Positions 26,037 to 36,114 of a stretch of DNA of 64,000 nt are shown here, piece after piece. The stretch is from contig OY730476.1 of NCBI GenBank assembly GCA_963422735.1, positions 1,248,001-1,312,000 of the forward strand, given 5' to 3'. Position numbers and translations under genes: made by a program. The stretch is from Candidatus Latescibacterota bacterium. Lineage in GTDB: Bacteria > Latescibacterota > UBA2968 > UBA8231. The notes beneath the pieces were generated by a model. That model saw only the letters and a program-made list of their open reading frames with translations. It had not been told where the DNA came from and did no database searches. Each line of letters opens with the position of its first letter. The first letter of the stretch is position 1.

Positions 26037-27716
26037 TTGCGCTTCTTGCCGCTTTTTTTTGCCGCGCTTCTATGCGCCCTCCCCCTGCGCGCCCAACCCC
26101 AATTTAGCGATCAAACCGCTGCCGCTGGCATCACCTACCGCAATGTATTTGGCGGGGAAGAAAAGCAGTATATCCTAGAGTCCCACGGCAGCGGCGCAGC
26201 CTTCTTCGACCACGACTCCGACGGCGACCTCGACCTCTACATAGTCAACGGAGCCACCTTTGCCACGTACCGCGACCGCTCGGGGCCAGGCAACGCGCTC
26301 TACCGCAATCGCGGCGACGGCACTTTTGTAGAAATCACGCGAGCAGCAAACGTCGGCGATGCCGGCTGGGGCAGTGGCGTGGCCGTGGGCGACATCGACA
26401 ACGACGGCCGCCCAGATCTCTATGCGACCAACTACGGGGCCAACGTGCTCTACCGCAATCGCGGCAGCGACCGCTTTGCCGATGCGACCCGAGCAGCGGG
26501 CGTTGGCGGCGATCAATACAGTGCCAGTGCGGCCTTCTTCGACTACGACCGCGACGGCGACCTCGACCTCTACGTGGCCAACTACGTCGTCTTCGATGCC
26601 GAGCACCTACCGGCCAAGCCCAAACTCTGCACCTTTTTCAGCGGCCTCCGCGTCTATTGCGGTCCCAAAGGCTTAGTCGGCGCACCGGATGTGCTCTACC
26701 GCAACGAGGGCGACGGCGCGTTTACCGACGTAACCCAAGCGTCCGGCGTGGCGGCTGCTAACCGCTATTACGGCTTGGGCGTAGTCCCAGCCGATTACGA
26801 TTCCGATGGCGATAGCGACCTCTTTATCGCCAACGACGAGACCCCCAACGTACTCTTCCAAAACCAAGGCGACGGCACCTTCCAAGACGTCGCTCTCATC
26901 GCGGGCGTGGCGTACAATGGCGACGGCGATGTCGAAGCTGGCATGGGTGCGGACTTTGGCGACTACGATCAGGACGGCGACCCAGACCTATACGTGACCC
27001 ACTTCTTTACCGAGACCAATACGCTCTACCGCAACGAAGGCGGCGCACGTTTTTCCGACGTCACGACTACGGCTGGTCTCGCCGCGCCCACAGTAGAGAT
27101 GTTGGGTTGGGGTACGCGCTTTTTCGACTGCGACAACGACGGCCGCCTCGACCTCTTTGTCGCCAACGGCCACGTATATCCGCAGGTTGACCAAGCCGCA
27201 ACCGGCACCACCTACCGCCAGCCCAACCAACTCTTCCGCAATGAGGGCGGCGGCCGCTTTGCCCCGGTGTCAGCCGGCCCCGGGCTGGCACAGGCCAAAG
27301 TCAGTCGCGGCACCAGCTTTGGCGACTACGACGACGACGGCGATATCGACCTCTTCGTCGTCGAGCTCAACGACGCGCCGACTCTGTTGCGCAACGATGG
27401 GGGGAATGCGGGAAATTATCTCGTGGTGCAGGTCTTTGGCCGCGAGGACAACCGCGATGGGGTCGGCACTCGCGTCGGCCTGCAAGCAGCCGGCCAGCGC
27501 CAGTGGCGCACGGTCAACGGCGCGGCCAGCTACCTCTCACACAGCGACTTGCGCTCCTACTTCGGCTTGGGCGCGGCGCAGACCATCAACCTCGTCGAAA
27601 TCACCTATCCCAACGGCAGTACCTACGCGATCGAGAACGTGCCCGCCAACAAGCTGTTAGTCGTCCGCCAAGGGCAGGGGCACGCCCTCCTCGAACTAGG
27701 CGCGAATCCTTTTTAA
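26037..27716 (+). CDS. CRTAC1 family protein (FG-GAP repeats plus ASPIC/UnbV)
   Basis: Multiple D.D.DG.LDL.V.N repeats; C-terminal N.DGVG..V...SYLS....FGLG. Confidence 0.92.
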   Translation: MRFLPLFFAALLCALPLRAQPQFSDQTAAAGITYRNVFGGEEKQYILESHGSGAAFFDHDSDGDLDLYIVNGATFATYRDRSGPGNALYRNRGDGTFVEITRAANVGDAGWGSGVAVGDIDNDGRPDLYATNYGANVLYRNRGSDRFADATRAAGVGGDQYSASAAFFDYDRDGDLDLYVANYVVFDAEHLPAKPKLCTFFSGLRVYCGPKGLVGAPDVLYRNEGDGAFTDVTQASGVAAANRYYGLGVVPADYDSDGDSDLFIANDETPNVLFQNQGDGTFQDVALIAGVAYNGDGDVEAGMGADFGDYDQDGDPDLYVTHFFTETNTLYRNEGGARFSDVTTTAGLAAPTVEMLGWGTRFFDCDNDGRLDLFVANGHVYPQVDQAATGTTYRQPNQLFRNEGGGRFAPVSAGPGLAQAKVSRGTSFGDYDDDGDIDLFVVELNDAPTLLRNDGGNAGNYLVVQVFGREDNRDGVGTRVGLQAAGQRQWRTVNGAASYLSHSDLRSYFGLGAAQTINLVEITYPNGSTYAIENVPANKLLVVRQGQGHALLELGANPF

Positions 27717-27925
27717 TTATTGAGGTTACGCATAGTTCTCGTTTAGGGAGTTAATGCGAGGGTGCCAAGACGCAAGGGAGCGGGGTGGTAGGGTCGAGTA
27801 GGGTATTTCTTTTAGGTTTATCGACCAAGGAACACGAAGGGTTTCCTGAGTATTCTTCGTGTTCCTTCAGGCCCTTGGTGGATCGCACAAGGCTCAAGGG
27901 CTGCGTAACGTCGGTTAATTATTGA
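27713..27925. mobile_element. MITE-like ~195-bp element with imperfect terminal inverted repeats, flanking direct repeats and an internal hairpin
   Basis: Direct repeat TTAATTATTGA at 27713-27723 and 27915-27925; TIR tgaggttacgca (27721-27732) / tgcgtaacgtcg (27902-27913); perfect 13-bp IR aaggaacacgaag (27827-27839) / cttcgtgttcctt (27855-27867). Confidence 0.6.
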
Positions 27926-27926
27926 A

Positions 27927-29186
27927 TCAACCCGCGCTGTGTGCGGCCCGCACCCGCTCGATTTCGGCGAGCCGCTCCTGCGCGGCGGAAAATTCGGGAT
28001 GGAGTTCGAGGAGCTTTTCAAAAACCGCTGCAGCCTTGTTGACGTAACCGAACTTTAGGTGGAGCATCCCCAGGTTGTAGGCGGCCTCCGGGGCCCTCGG
28101 CGACCGACTCGCGGCCCGTTTGAGGCTGGCGAGCCGACCCTCGTATTCCTTGAGCTTGGCAAAGACCTGCATTAGCTCGCTGCCCTCGGCACTGCGGCCC
28201 TGCTTGAGGTAGAGCTGAGCCAAGCTGTAGTGCGCGCCCGCGTGGCCGGGATCGCGCTTTATGGCCTCCAAGTAGTAGGTAGCCGCCTGTTCTTCGTGCC
28301 CTAACTTGGCCGTCACCGCGCCCAAGCGGTGATAGGAGTCGGCGTGGGCCGCATCCTTGAGCAGGGCTTGGTGAAAGTAACTCCGCGCCGCTTCGAACTT
28401 GCCTTCCTGCTCGCTGATAACGCCGAGGTCGTAAAACGCGCTCGCCGTCTCGACGCCAAGTTCTACGGCTCGCCGGTAGGCCGCCCTAGTTTCTTCGTAT
28501 TGGCTCAAGGCCATGTAGCTCTCGCCCAAGAGCGCATATACTCGCCCTTCGTCCGGGTGGTCGGCGAGGGTGCGCTGGTACTCGGCGATGGCTTCGCCCG
28601 GGCGGTGCTGCAAGTGATAGACCCGCCCCAAGTTGGCCCGAGCTTGCAGAAAGCTCGGCACCAAGCGCACGGCTTCCTCGTACTGAGCCGCAGCCTCTGC
28701 GTAGAGGCCCTGTTGCTGGTAGAGATAGCCGAGATTGTAGTAGATCGCCCCAAAGTCGGGCCGGAGCGCGAGCGCCTTCTTATAGCTGTCCTCTGCTGCT
28801 AAAAAGCGGCCCAACCCGTCGAGCGAAACCGCAAGGCCAATCCGCGCCTCAAAGTGCTTGGGGGTCAGCACTAGTGCCTGTTCGAAGTGGGGGATCGCCG
28901 CGTCAAAGCGTTCCAAGGCCGCGTGCGTCGCGCCCAAATTGCTATGGGCTTGGGCGAGGTCTGGATCGAGCTCAACGGCCTGCTGGTAGTAGCGGGCCGC
29001 TTCGTCCATCTGGCCTTGAGCGCGCAAGCGGTCGCCTTGCTCGACGGCTTTTTGCGCGGCATTTGCCCGGTACTGCGAGTACCAGTACGAGCCGCCCAAG
29101 CCGAGGGCAATCGCCAACGCGGCTGCTCCTAGATAAAAGAGGGGGCGACGCGGCACTTGCTCGCGGTTCTTTTTGTTGCGGGCCAT
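27927..29186 (-). CDS. Membrane-anchored TPR protein
   Basis: N-terminal TM followed by about 10 canonical TPRs (A..NLG...A...Y..AL.L.P). Confidence 0.9.
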   Translation of the reverse strand: MARNKKNREQVPRRPLFYLGAAALAIALGLGGSYWYSQYRANAAQKAVEQGDRLRAQGQMDEAARYYQQAVELDPDLAQAHSNLGATHAALERFDAAIPHFEQALVLTPKHFEARIGLAVSLDGLGRFLAAEDSYKKALALRPDFGAIYYNLGYLYQQQGLYAEAAAQYEEAVRLVPSFLQARANLGRVYHLQHRPGEAIAEYQRTLADHPDEGRVYALLGESYMALSQYEETRAAYRRAVELGVETASAFYDLGVISEQEGKFEAARSYFHQALLKDAAHADSYHRLGAVTAKLGHEEQAATYYLEAIKRDPGHAGAHYSLAQLYLKQGRSAEGSELMQVFAKLKEYEGRLASLKRAASRSPRAPEAAYNLGMLHLKFGYVNKAAAVFEKLLELHPEFSAAQERLAEIERVRAAHSAG

Positions 29187-29320
29187 CAGTGAGTTGCGTT
29201 TACTCAGGGGAACACCAGTGTCATCCCATTTGGGCATGGGATCAATCGCGCCGAACTCGCCTAGAGCACCATTGCGAATTTATAGACGATCACCTCAAAC
29301 AATCTCAAATCCTGTACATC

Positions 29321-29770
29321 CTACCGGACGACCTCTAGCGCGGTCATGATCTGATCTTGACCCCAAGTTCCTCCGAGCCGGAGCGAACTCGTCGCTATGG
29401 AGCCGGTGATGGTGTCTTCTTCTTTGGTGAAGGCATAGACCGTCTTGGCATTGAGGTAGCGCAACTCCAAAGTGATCTGGTCGGGATCGTCGGGTTGGAT
29501 AATGTCGATTGCCTGGATGAAATCGTTGCGGCCCTCGCCATAAACCAACTTGGCAGACACGGTAACTTTCTTAGGGGTGACCCACACAATACTTATTGAA
29601 ACGGGGCGGTCTTGTCCGCTGACGCCATTGGATAGGGCGAAATCCCCGGCGCCTTCGTATTCGCCGACCCAGACATCGGCGTAATCGGGCGTCGATTGAA
29701 CGGCTTCCTCCGAGCTGCAGCTCAGGACCGTCAAGAGGCCAATTAGGGTCAACCACGTCCATTGTTTCAT
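29321..29770 (-). CDS. Hypothetical lipoprotein
   Basis: MKQW...VLSC lipobox; start ATG 29770 after GGAGG. Confidence 0.7.
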   Translation of the reverse strand: MKQWTWLTLIGLLTVLSCSSEEAVQSTPDYADVWVGEYEGAGDFALSNGVSGQDRPVSISIVWVTPKKVTVSAKLVYGEGRNDFIQAIDIIQPDDPDQITLELRYLNAKTVYAFTKEEDTITGSIATSSLRLGGTWGQDQIMTALEVVR

Positions 29771-29894
29771 CGTGCGTACCTCCGCAGAGATTTTGTTCGG
29801 AAAAAGTATAGCGCACAACGCGACGCGAATCAACCACCTTGTGCCGCCGCCACTCGCCAATTCTCCCTCCAGTTCGTACACTATGCGGCGCAAA

Positions 29895-32162
29895 ATGTAT
29901 CCACTGCCAAAGATGCCTATGCGCCTAGGTATCGCGCTCGCTGCCTTCTTGGGCTGCACCTCCGAGCCGCCCCTTCCCTCGCAGAGCGCGCAGCGCTACG
30001 AACAGGCCCGCCAACACCTAGCGGCCGGCCGTTTGGACTCAGCCGCCCACGTGCTCAAAGCACTCGTCCGGCGCGATACCTTGCACTACGAGGCCGCGCT
30101 CACGCTCGGGGAAATCTACTTGCGGCAACGGCGCTACCGACAAGCCTTGTCGCCGCTCGCCCGCGCACAGAGGCTCGCGCCCGAGCGCATTGAGGCCCGG
30201 CTGCAGTTAGCCCAAACACTAAAGAAACTCGGGCGTCAAGCCGAGGCGCGCGCCCTTTTCGACTCCCTCGTGGCGGCCTTCCCCGGCAACGCGGTTGCCT
30301 GCATGGCATACGCCGACCTCCTAATGACGCAAGACCAACCCGACGCCGCGGGTGCCCTCGCCCAGTACGAAGCCATCCTCGCCGTCGATCCCAAGCACTA
30401 CCGAGCGCGCTCTGGCAAGGCCGCCTCGCTCTTGCGCTTGGGCGATTTTGCCGACGCAGCCGTCCGTCTCGACAGCTTGCTCGCCGAGCGGCCGGACGAT
30501 GTGTATCTATCGTTCCTGTTGGGCGCGGCCCACCACCACTTGCGCCAATACCCCGAGGCTGTCGCCGCGTACAAGCGCGCCATTGACGTCCTGCCCCCGG
30601 CCTCGCCGCAACGCACCGTGCGCCAGTGGAACCTGCGATTGGCCTATATTGAAGCGTATGGCACCTACCCGAGCGATCTCGAACCAGCCTATCAAATTGG
30701 CTTGGCACCGCTGGCTGAGGCGTCGCCGGTGCGCTTCACCGATGTGGCCGCAACAGCCGGCGTCGGCAAGCGAGATCGGGGACGCGGCGTGGCGTGGCTC
30801 GACTACGACACCGACGGCGACCCGGACCTTTTCGCCGCGGGCATCCAAGCCCCACACGCGCTCTACCGCAACGATGGCGACGGGCGCTTTGCCGACGTGT
30901 CTGCCGCAGCCGACCTCGCCGACCCGCGTGGCGGCTGGGCAGCCATTGCCGCAGACTACGATGGCGACGGCGACCCAGACCTCTTTGCCACCCGCGAGGC
31001 TTGGGAGGGCGAAGCGCCCAACTCGCTCTACCGCAATCAGGGCGATGGAACCTTTCGCGATGTCGCGCCCCAAGCCGGAATCGCCGGCGCGGACGACAGC
31101 TTCATGGCCGTCTGGACCGACTACGACAACGACGGCCTGCCCGATCTATACGTGGCCTCGGGCATCACCGGCAGTGGGCGGCCCAACCGCCTGTACCACA
31201 ACCAAGGGGACGGCACTTTTGCCGACCGCGGCGCGCAGGCCGGCGTGGCCTATCGCGGCAAAACCCTCGGCGTTACTTGTGGCGACTACGACAGCGACGG
31301 CGACAACGACCTCTACGCCATTGACGTAGCCGCCCCTAACCACCTCTACCGCAACGACGGACACCACTTCAGCGACGTCACCGCCGAGGCCGGCGTGGCC
31401 AAGCCGGGCGAGGGCAGCTACGTGGGATTTTTCATCGACGGCGACGGCGACGGCGACAGAGACCTCTTCGTCTCGGCCATGAATTTTTACGAAGACATCG
31501 TGCAGTCGCAGGTCACCGGGCTGGCCTTGCGCCCAACTCGTGCCCATCTGTACCGCAATGACGGGGCGACCTTCCGCGACATCGCCCCTCAGCAGGGGCT
31601 GGCCCGCTCCTTTGGCTCGATGGGCGCGGGCTATGGCGACGTGGACTACGACGGTCTAATCGACATCTACCTGACCAACGGCGGCCCCTTAATGGCGCGC
31701 TTTGAACCCAATACCTTGTTCCACAACCGCGGCGACCGCTTCGCCGACATCACGGTCGCGGCCGGCGTCGGCAATCCGGGCAAGGGGCACGGCGTGGGTT
31801 TTGCCGACTACGACCTCGACGGCGATCTCGACCTCTATACGGCGGTCGGCGGCCACTACTTAGGAGACCTATGGGCCAACAGCCTGTACCGCAACGAGGG
31901 CCACCACAATCACTTTCTCGGCGTGGATTTAGGGCCTCAAGCCATCGGCGCGCAGTTGCGCCTACGCGCCCAAGATCTGCTCGGGGTCGCGGAAGTCAGC
32001 AGCGGTCCGGGGTTCGGGTCGTCCAACAATTTGGCCCCGGCCCTCGGCTTGGGCGCACGCACCCGCGTCGATACCCTCGAAATCCGCTGGCCCAACGGCG
32101 CACACCAAGTGTACACAGATTTGGAAATCGACCGTTTCCACTCCTTTGCCGAGCAGCCCTGA
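29895..32162 (+). CDS. TPR plus FG-GAP/CRTAC1 (ASPIC/UnbV) lipoprotein
   Basis: Lipobox FLGC; N-terminal TPRs; many DYD.DGD.DL repeats; C-terminal GLG...LEIRWPNG. Start uncertain. Confidence 0.88.
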   Translation: MYPLPKMPMRLGIALAAFLGCTSEPPLPSQSAQRYEQARQHLAAGRLDSAAHVLKALVRRDTLHYEAALTLGEIYLRQRRYRQALSPLARAQRLAPERIEARLQLAQTLKKLGRQAEARALFDSLVAAFPGNAVACMAYADLLMTQDQPDAAGALAQYEAILAVDPKHYRARSGKAASLLRLGDFADAAVRLDSLLAERPDDVYLSFLLGAAHHHLRQYPEAVAAYKRAIDVLPPASPQRTVRQWNLRLAYIEAYGTYPSDLEPAYQIGLAPLAEASPVRFTDVAATAGVGKRDRGRGVAWLDYDTDGDPDLFAAGIQAPHALYRNDGDGRFADVSAAADLADPRGGWAAIAADYDGDGDPDLFATREAWEGEAPNSLYRNQGDGTFRDVAPQAGIAGADDSFMAVWTDYDNDGLPDLYVASGITGSGRPNRLYHNQGDGTFADRGAQAGVAYRGKTLGVTCGDYDSDGDNDLYAIDVAAPNHLYRNDGHHFSDVTAEAGVAKPGEGSYVGFFIDGDGDGDRDLFVSAMNFYEDIVQSQVTGLALRPTRAHLYRNDGATFRDIAPQQGLARSFGSMGAGYGDVDYDGLIDIYLTNGGPLMARFEPNTLFHNRGDRFADITVAAGVGNPGKGHGVGFADYDLDGDLDLYTAVGGHYLGDLWANSLYRNEGHHNHFLGVDLGPQAIGAQLRLRAQDLLGVAEVSSGPGFGSSNNLAPALGLGARTRVDTLEIRWPNGAHQVYTDLEIDRFHSFAEQP

Positions 32163-32163
32163 G

Positions 32164-33375
32164 ATGGCGTGGCGACTGTTCTGCGCGGCATTTGCGCTGG
32201 CCTCCTGCGCCTCCGAGCCTGCGTCGGCACCAGATACAACCGAGCACCTTGCCCGTGCCCGCGTTCACTTTGCGGCAACCCGCTTTGAAGAAGCGGCGGC
32301 CGCCGCCCGCGCCGGGTTAGCCCTCGACTCGACGAACGCCGACCTCCACAATGTGCTGGCCTCGTCCCACGCGGCTCAGGGCCGGTACGCACTGGCCATA
32401 GAATCCCTCGAAACAACCGTCCGCCTCAAGCCCGATTACGCCATGGGCTTTGTCAATCTCGGCGGGATTTACACCAAGCTGGGCCAGTACGATCGCGCCG
32501 ACACCTATCTCCAGCGCGCCGTCCAACTCAACCCCGACAACTCGCCGGTGCGCCGGCGCTTGGGCGAGCTATACTTGGCCACGGGCCGCTACACCGAGGC
32601 CACCCGCGAGCTGCTCGAAGCCCTGCGCCTCTTTCCCAACGACGCTACTCTCTACTACTACCTCGGCCAAAGCCTTGCGGCCGAGGGCCGGCAGGACGAT
32701 GCCTTGGAGGCCTTTCAGCGCGCCACCTTGCTCGACATCGGCTTTGCCGACGCCTTCTATCGCCTCGCCACACTCGCCCGCAAGGCCGGTCGCAATACCT
32801 TGGCGCAGCAGGCCCTAACGAGTTTTGAGCACCTGCAAACTCTCGGCGGCAAGGAGATCAAGCGACTGCGTGCAGCCATCCTCAACGCGCCCGAAGAAGC
32901 CGCCCATCACTACAACCTCGGCCTGTTCTTCGTCCGGCACGGGTACTTTGCCCAAGCCGAGAACAAATTCAACCGGGCCGTCGCCCTGCGCCCCGGGGAC
33001 CTCGCCCTGCTCAACCGCCTCGCCGGCGACCTCCTCAAGTTGCAACAGCCCGAAGCCGCGCTCCGCTATGTACAGGTCTCCCTCGACCAAGACCCAAGAT
33101 ACTTTCCTGCCTTGCTCAACGCCGGCCACATCGCCGGCCAGCGCGGACGCTACGGCGAGGCCGTCGCCTACTGCCGCCGAGCGGTTGCGGTGCGCCCAGA
33201 CGACGCCGAGGGCTGGTACCTCCTCGGCTTGGGCCTGTTCAGCAACGGGGAACGCGCCGCCGCCGAACAGGCGTTGCGCCGCAGCCTAGCACTGAGCGCG
33301 GACGCTGAGGCGCTGCACGCCAAGGCCCAGCAACTTCTCAACACCCTGCAACAACAATCCACAGGAACGCCGTGA
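32164..33375 (+). CDS. TPR lipoprotein
   Basis: Lipobox LASC; canonical TPRs. Confidence 0.87.
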   Translation: MAWRLFCAAFALASCASEPASAPDTTEHLARARVHFAATRFEEAAAAARAGLALDSTNADLHNVLASSHAAQGRYALAIESLETTVRLKPDYAMGFVNLGGIYTKLGQYDRADTYLQRAVQLNPDNSPVRRRLGELYLATGRYTEATRELLEALRLFPNDATLYYYLGQSLAAEGRQDDALEAFQRATLLDIGFADAFYRLATLARKAGRNTLAQQALTSFEHLQTLGGKEIKRLRAAILNAPEEAAHHYNLGLFFVRHGYFAQAENKFNRAVALRPGDLALLNRLAGDLLKLQQPEAALRYVQVSLDQDPRYFPALLNAGHIAGQRGRYGEAVAYCRRAVAVRPDDAEGWYLLGLGLFSNGERAAAEQALRRSLALSADAEALHAKAQQLLNTLQQQSTGTP

Positions 33376-34178
33376 CCGCGCTGCTTTCGCTCTTTTTGCC
33401 CCTCGCCCTCCATCTTGCTTGTAGCGGTCCAGATCCCCGCGCTGAGGATTGGTCCCAACACTATCAAACTGGGCGCACAGCCTTTGGCCAGAGCCGTTTC
33501 GCCGAGGCCGAACGAGCCCTATCCCGCGCCCTGACCTTAGCCGAGGCGTTTGCCCCCGACGACCCGCGCTACGGCCGCACCGCCCATCAGCTCGCCCAGC
33601 TCCACGTGGTGCGCGGCGAACTCGCGCGGGCCGAAAGCCTCTACCAACACTTGCGCGAGCGGCAAGCGGCTTTCCCCGACGACCATCCCGACAAGGTGTT
33701 GACCCTCGACAAGTTAGGCGACACCTATCGGCTCCAGCAGCGGCCGTCCGAGGCCGCCGCGCTCTACGGCCGCGTCCTCGCCTTTCAGCAGGTGCATCGA
33801 GGCGATGGGGAAGTCGCCGCGACCATGCAGAAATTATCCGACCTCTACCGAGCACAGGGCGACCGCGCCGCGGCCGATTCCCTCGCGCAGCGCGCCCAAG
33901 CCCTAAACCTCCGCGCCCGCGCCCACGCCCTGTTCCTCCAAGGCCACTACCAACAGGCCGCGCCCCTGTACCTCAGCGCGCTGGCCCTACAAGCGGGCGA
34001 TCATCCCGACTTGGCCCGCACCTGTTACTACCTAGGCCGCCTGTACGACGCGCAGGATCGCTATCGGCAGGCCGAGCACTTCTACCGGCGCGCCCTTGCT
34101 GCGTCTCCCGCCAGCGACCCCGATCGAGTCGGCGCAGCACTCGCCGACCTGCTCGCCCGCAAGGCTGCCCATCCCTAA
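33372..34178 (+). CDS. TPR lipoprotein (kinesin-light-chain-type TPRs)
   Basis: LAC lipobox; DHPD....L..LG..Y..Q.R...AE..Y.RAL motifs. Confidence 0.82.
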   Translation: MTALLSLFLPLALHLACSGPDPRAEDWSQHYQTGRTAFGQSRFAEAERALSRALTLAEAFAPDDPRYGRTAHQLAQLHVVRGELARAESLYQHLRERQAAFPDDHPDKVLTLDKLGDTYRLQQRPSEAAALYGRVLAFQQVHRGDGEVAATMQKLSDLYRAQGDRAAADSLAQRAQALNLRARAHALFLQGHYQQAAPLYLSALALQAGDHPDLARTCYYLGRLYDAQDRYRQAEHFYRRALAASPASDPDRVGAALADLLARKAAHP

Positions 34179-34198
34179 CGCCCTACAGGAGTTTCTTT

Positions 34199-35200
34199 AT
34201 GAACCGCCCCCCCACAGAGTTCAAACACATTGCCTCCGCCGACCTCAGAGCCTTTGGTACGGCCTGCCTGAGTGCCGCTGGCTTGTCCGCTGCACACGCC
34301 GCGCAGTTGGCCGACCTACTGACCAATTCGGACTTGCGCGGCGTACGCTCGCACGGCACCCGCGCCCTGTACGGGTACTGCTGCACGATCCGCGACAAAA
34401 AGGCCAACCCAGACCCAGACATCCGCGTCCTGCGCGAAAGCGACACCCACATCTTTGTCGATGGCGATGGCAGCCTCGGGTACGCGCCGACCATGCTGGC
34501 CACAGAACGCGCCATAGCCAAGGCCAAGGAAAAGGGCCTTGCCGTCGGCGCGGCCTGCCATATCGGGCACTACGGCTCAGCGGGGCACTATGTGCGCCGC
34601 GCTATGGCGGAAAACTGCGTGGGTTTCTCAGTGCAAGCGGCCTATCCTCAGTACTACCCCAGCAACGACGGCAAGCGCGCCGCCCACTACGGCAACCCGC
34701 CCTTGTGCTTTGGCCTGCCCGGGCAAGAAAGGCCACCGGTGGTGCTCGACGTGGCCACCTGCATCCTCGCCGACTACCAACGCGGCGAGCAGATCGAAGC
34801 TATTGAAGAGTTGATCCCGGCGGCCTTCTTCAAGTCCATGGGCTACACCGCAATCGCCACCCTGCTCGGCGGAGCTTTTGTCGGCCAAGGCGGCGATCGC
34901 GCCCGCGCGATCGCCGCGCAATGGCCGGCCGCGCGCATGGGCAGTTTGATCCTCGTCCTCGACTTGGGACTCTTCGCGCCCGCTCCGCAAGTGCGCCGCG
35001 GCGTCGATGAACTGGTGCGCCTAGCGAGCGAGCAGATGATCCCGCTGCGCGGGTACGACGAAGTCGCCCTGCCCGGCACACCCGAACACCGCAACGAGGA
35101 AGCGTACGCACGCGACGGCGTACCCGTCGGCTTAGAGGACGTCGAGCGCCTCACCGAGTGCGGCCGGGCCTTTGGCGTCGCCCCCCCGTGGCTGGACTAA
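34199..35200 (+). CDS. Ldh_2 family (malate/L-lactate dehydrogenase-like) oxidoreductase
   Basis: DLRGVRSHG, DGDGSLG, A.AKAKE.G, H.GSAG.Y, GNPP, VLD.AT. Start ATG 34199 after AGGAG. Confidence 0.9.
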   Translation: MNRPPTEFKHIASADLRAFGTACLSAAGLSAAHAAQLADLLTNSDLRGVRSHGTRALYGYCCTIRDKKANPDPDIRVLRESDTHIFVDGDGSLGYAPTMLATERAIAKAKEKGLAVGAACHIGHYGSAGHYVRRAMAENCVGFSVQAAYPQYYPSNDGKRAAHYGNPPLCFGLPGQERPPVVLDVATCILADYQRGEQIEAIEELIPAAFFKSMGYTAIATLLGGAFVGQGGDRARAIAAQWPAARMGSLILVLDLGLFAPAPQVRRGVDELVRLASEQMIPLRGYDEVALPGTPEHRNEEAYARDGVPVGLEDVERLTECGRAFGVAPPWLD

Positions 35201-35247
35201 GGCCGCGTCGGTTCCTACCTTAACGAACCGCAAAAAGGAGACATTCT

Positions 35248-36114
35248 ATGAGCCTGACGCGTGCGCGCCGCGCCGAGCTAAAGCGCTATGCCATCCAATT
35301 GCGCCGCTTAGTCGTCGAGTCGGTACACCACGCTGGAGCCGGCCACTTGGGCGGCCCCATGTCTGCGGCCGAACTACTCGTCGCCCTGTACTTCGCCGAG
35401 CTGAACATCGATCCGGCCCGGCCCCGCGACGAAAACCGCGACCGCTTCATCCTGTCCAAGGGACACTCTTCGATCGGCCTCTACGCGGCTTTGGCCCTGC
35501 GCGGCTACCTGCCCATCGAGGAACTCGCCACCTTTGACGCTATTGACTCCCGCCTACAGGGTCACCCGGACATGAGCGTCCTCCCCGGCCTCGACATGTC
35601 CACCGGCTCGTTGGGCCAAGGCCTGTCACCCGGCCTCGGCATGGCCCTCGCCGCCCGTCTGAAGGGGCAGGACTTTCGCACTTGGGTGATGATCGGCGAC
35701 GGCGACTCTCAGGAGGGGCAGATATGGGAGGCAGCCTTTGTCGCAGCCCGCTACGGCCTCGACAATCTCACCGCCATCCTCGACTGGAACGGCCTTCAGC
35801 AATACGGCTGGGCCACTGAAAAGGGCTACGACGCGCTCGACCGCTTGGCACCGCAGGAAAATCCACTTAGCCGCTGGCGCGCCTTTGGCTGGAACGCCAT
35901 CGAGACCGATGGCCACGACTTCCCCGCCATTTTCTCGGCCTTTGCCGCAGCCAAGGCGCACCGCGGCCAACCCACCATCATCGTCGCCCGCACGGTCAAG
36001 GGCAAAGGGATATCCTACATGGAAAACGACTTCAACTGGCACTCCAAGCCGGTGACCGACCAAGACCTCAAACGAGCGCAGGATGAGCTCGCCGCGCAGG
36101 AGGCAGCCCTGTGA
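35248..36114 (+). CDS. Transketolase, N-terminal TPP-binding subunit
   Basis: GHLGG, RDRFILSKGH, LQGHP, STGSLGQG, GDGDSQEGQIWEA, DGHD. Confidence 0.95.
   Translation: MSLTRARRAELKRYAIQLRRLVVESVHHAGAGHLGGPMSAAELLVALYFAELNIDPARPRDENRDRFILSKGHSSIGLYAALALRGYLPIEELATFDAIDSRLQGHPDMSVLPGLDMSTGSLGQGLSPGLGMALAARLKGQDFRTWVMIGDGDSQEGQIWEAAFVAARYGLDNLTAILDWNGLQQYGWATEKGYDALDRLAPQENPLSRWRAFGWNAIETDGHDFPAIFSAFAAAKAHRGQPTIIVARTVKGKGISYMENDFNWHSKPVTDQDLKRAQDELAAQEAAL

Noticed and set aside
33449-34198. N-terminal extension of the 583-aa ORF (apparent fusion to Ldh_2)
   Set aside because: Arg/Pro-rich off-frame read of the TPR gene; the real start is ATG 34199 with an RBS.
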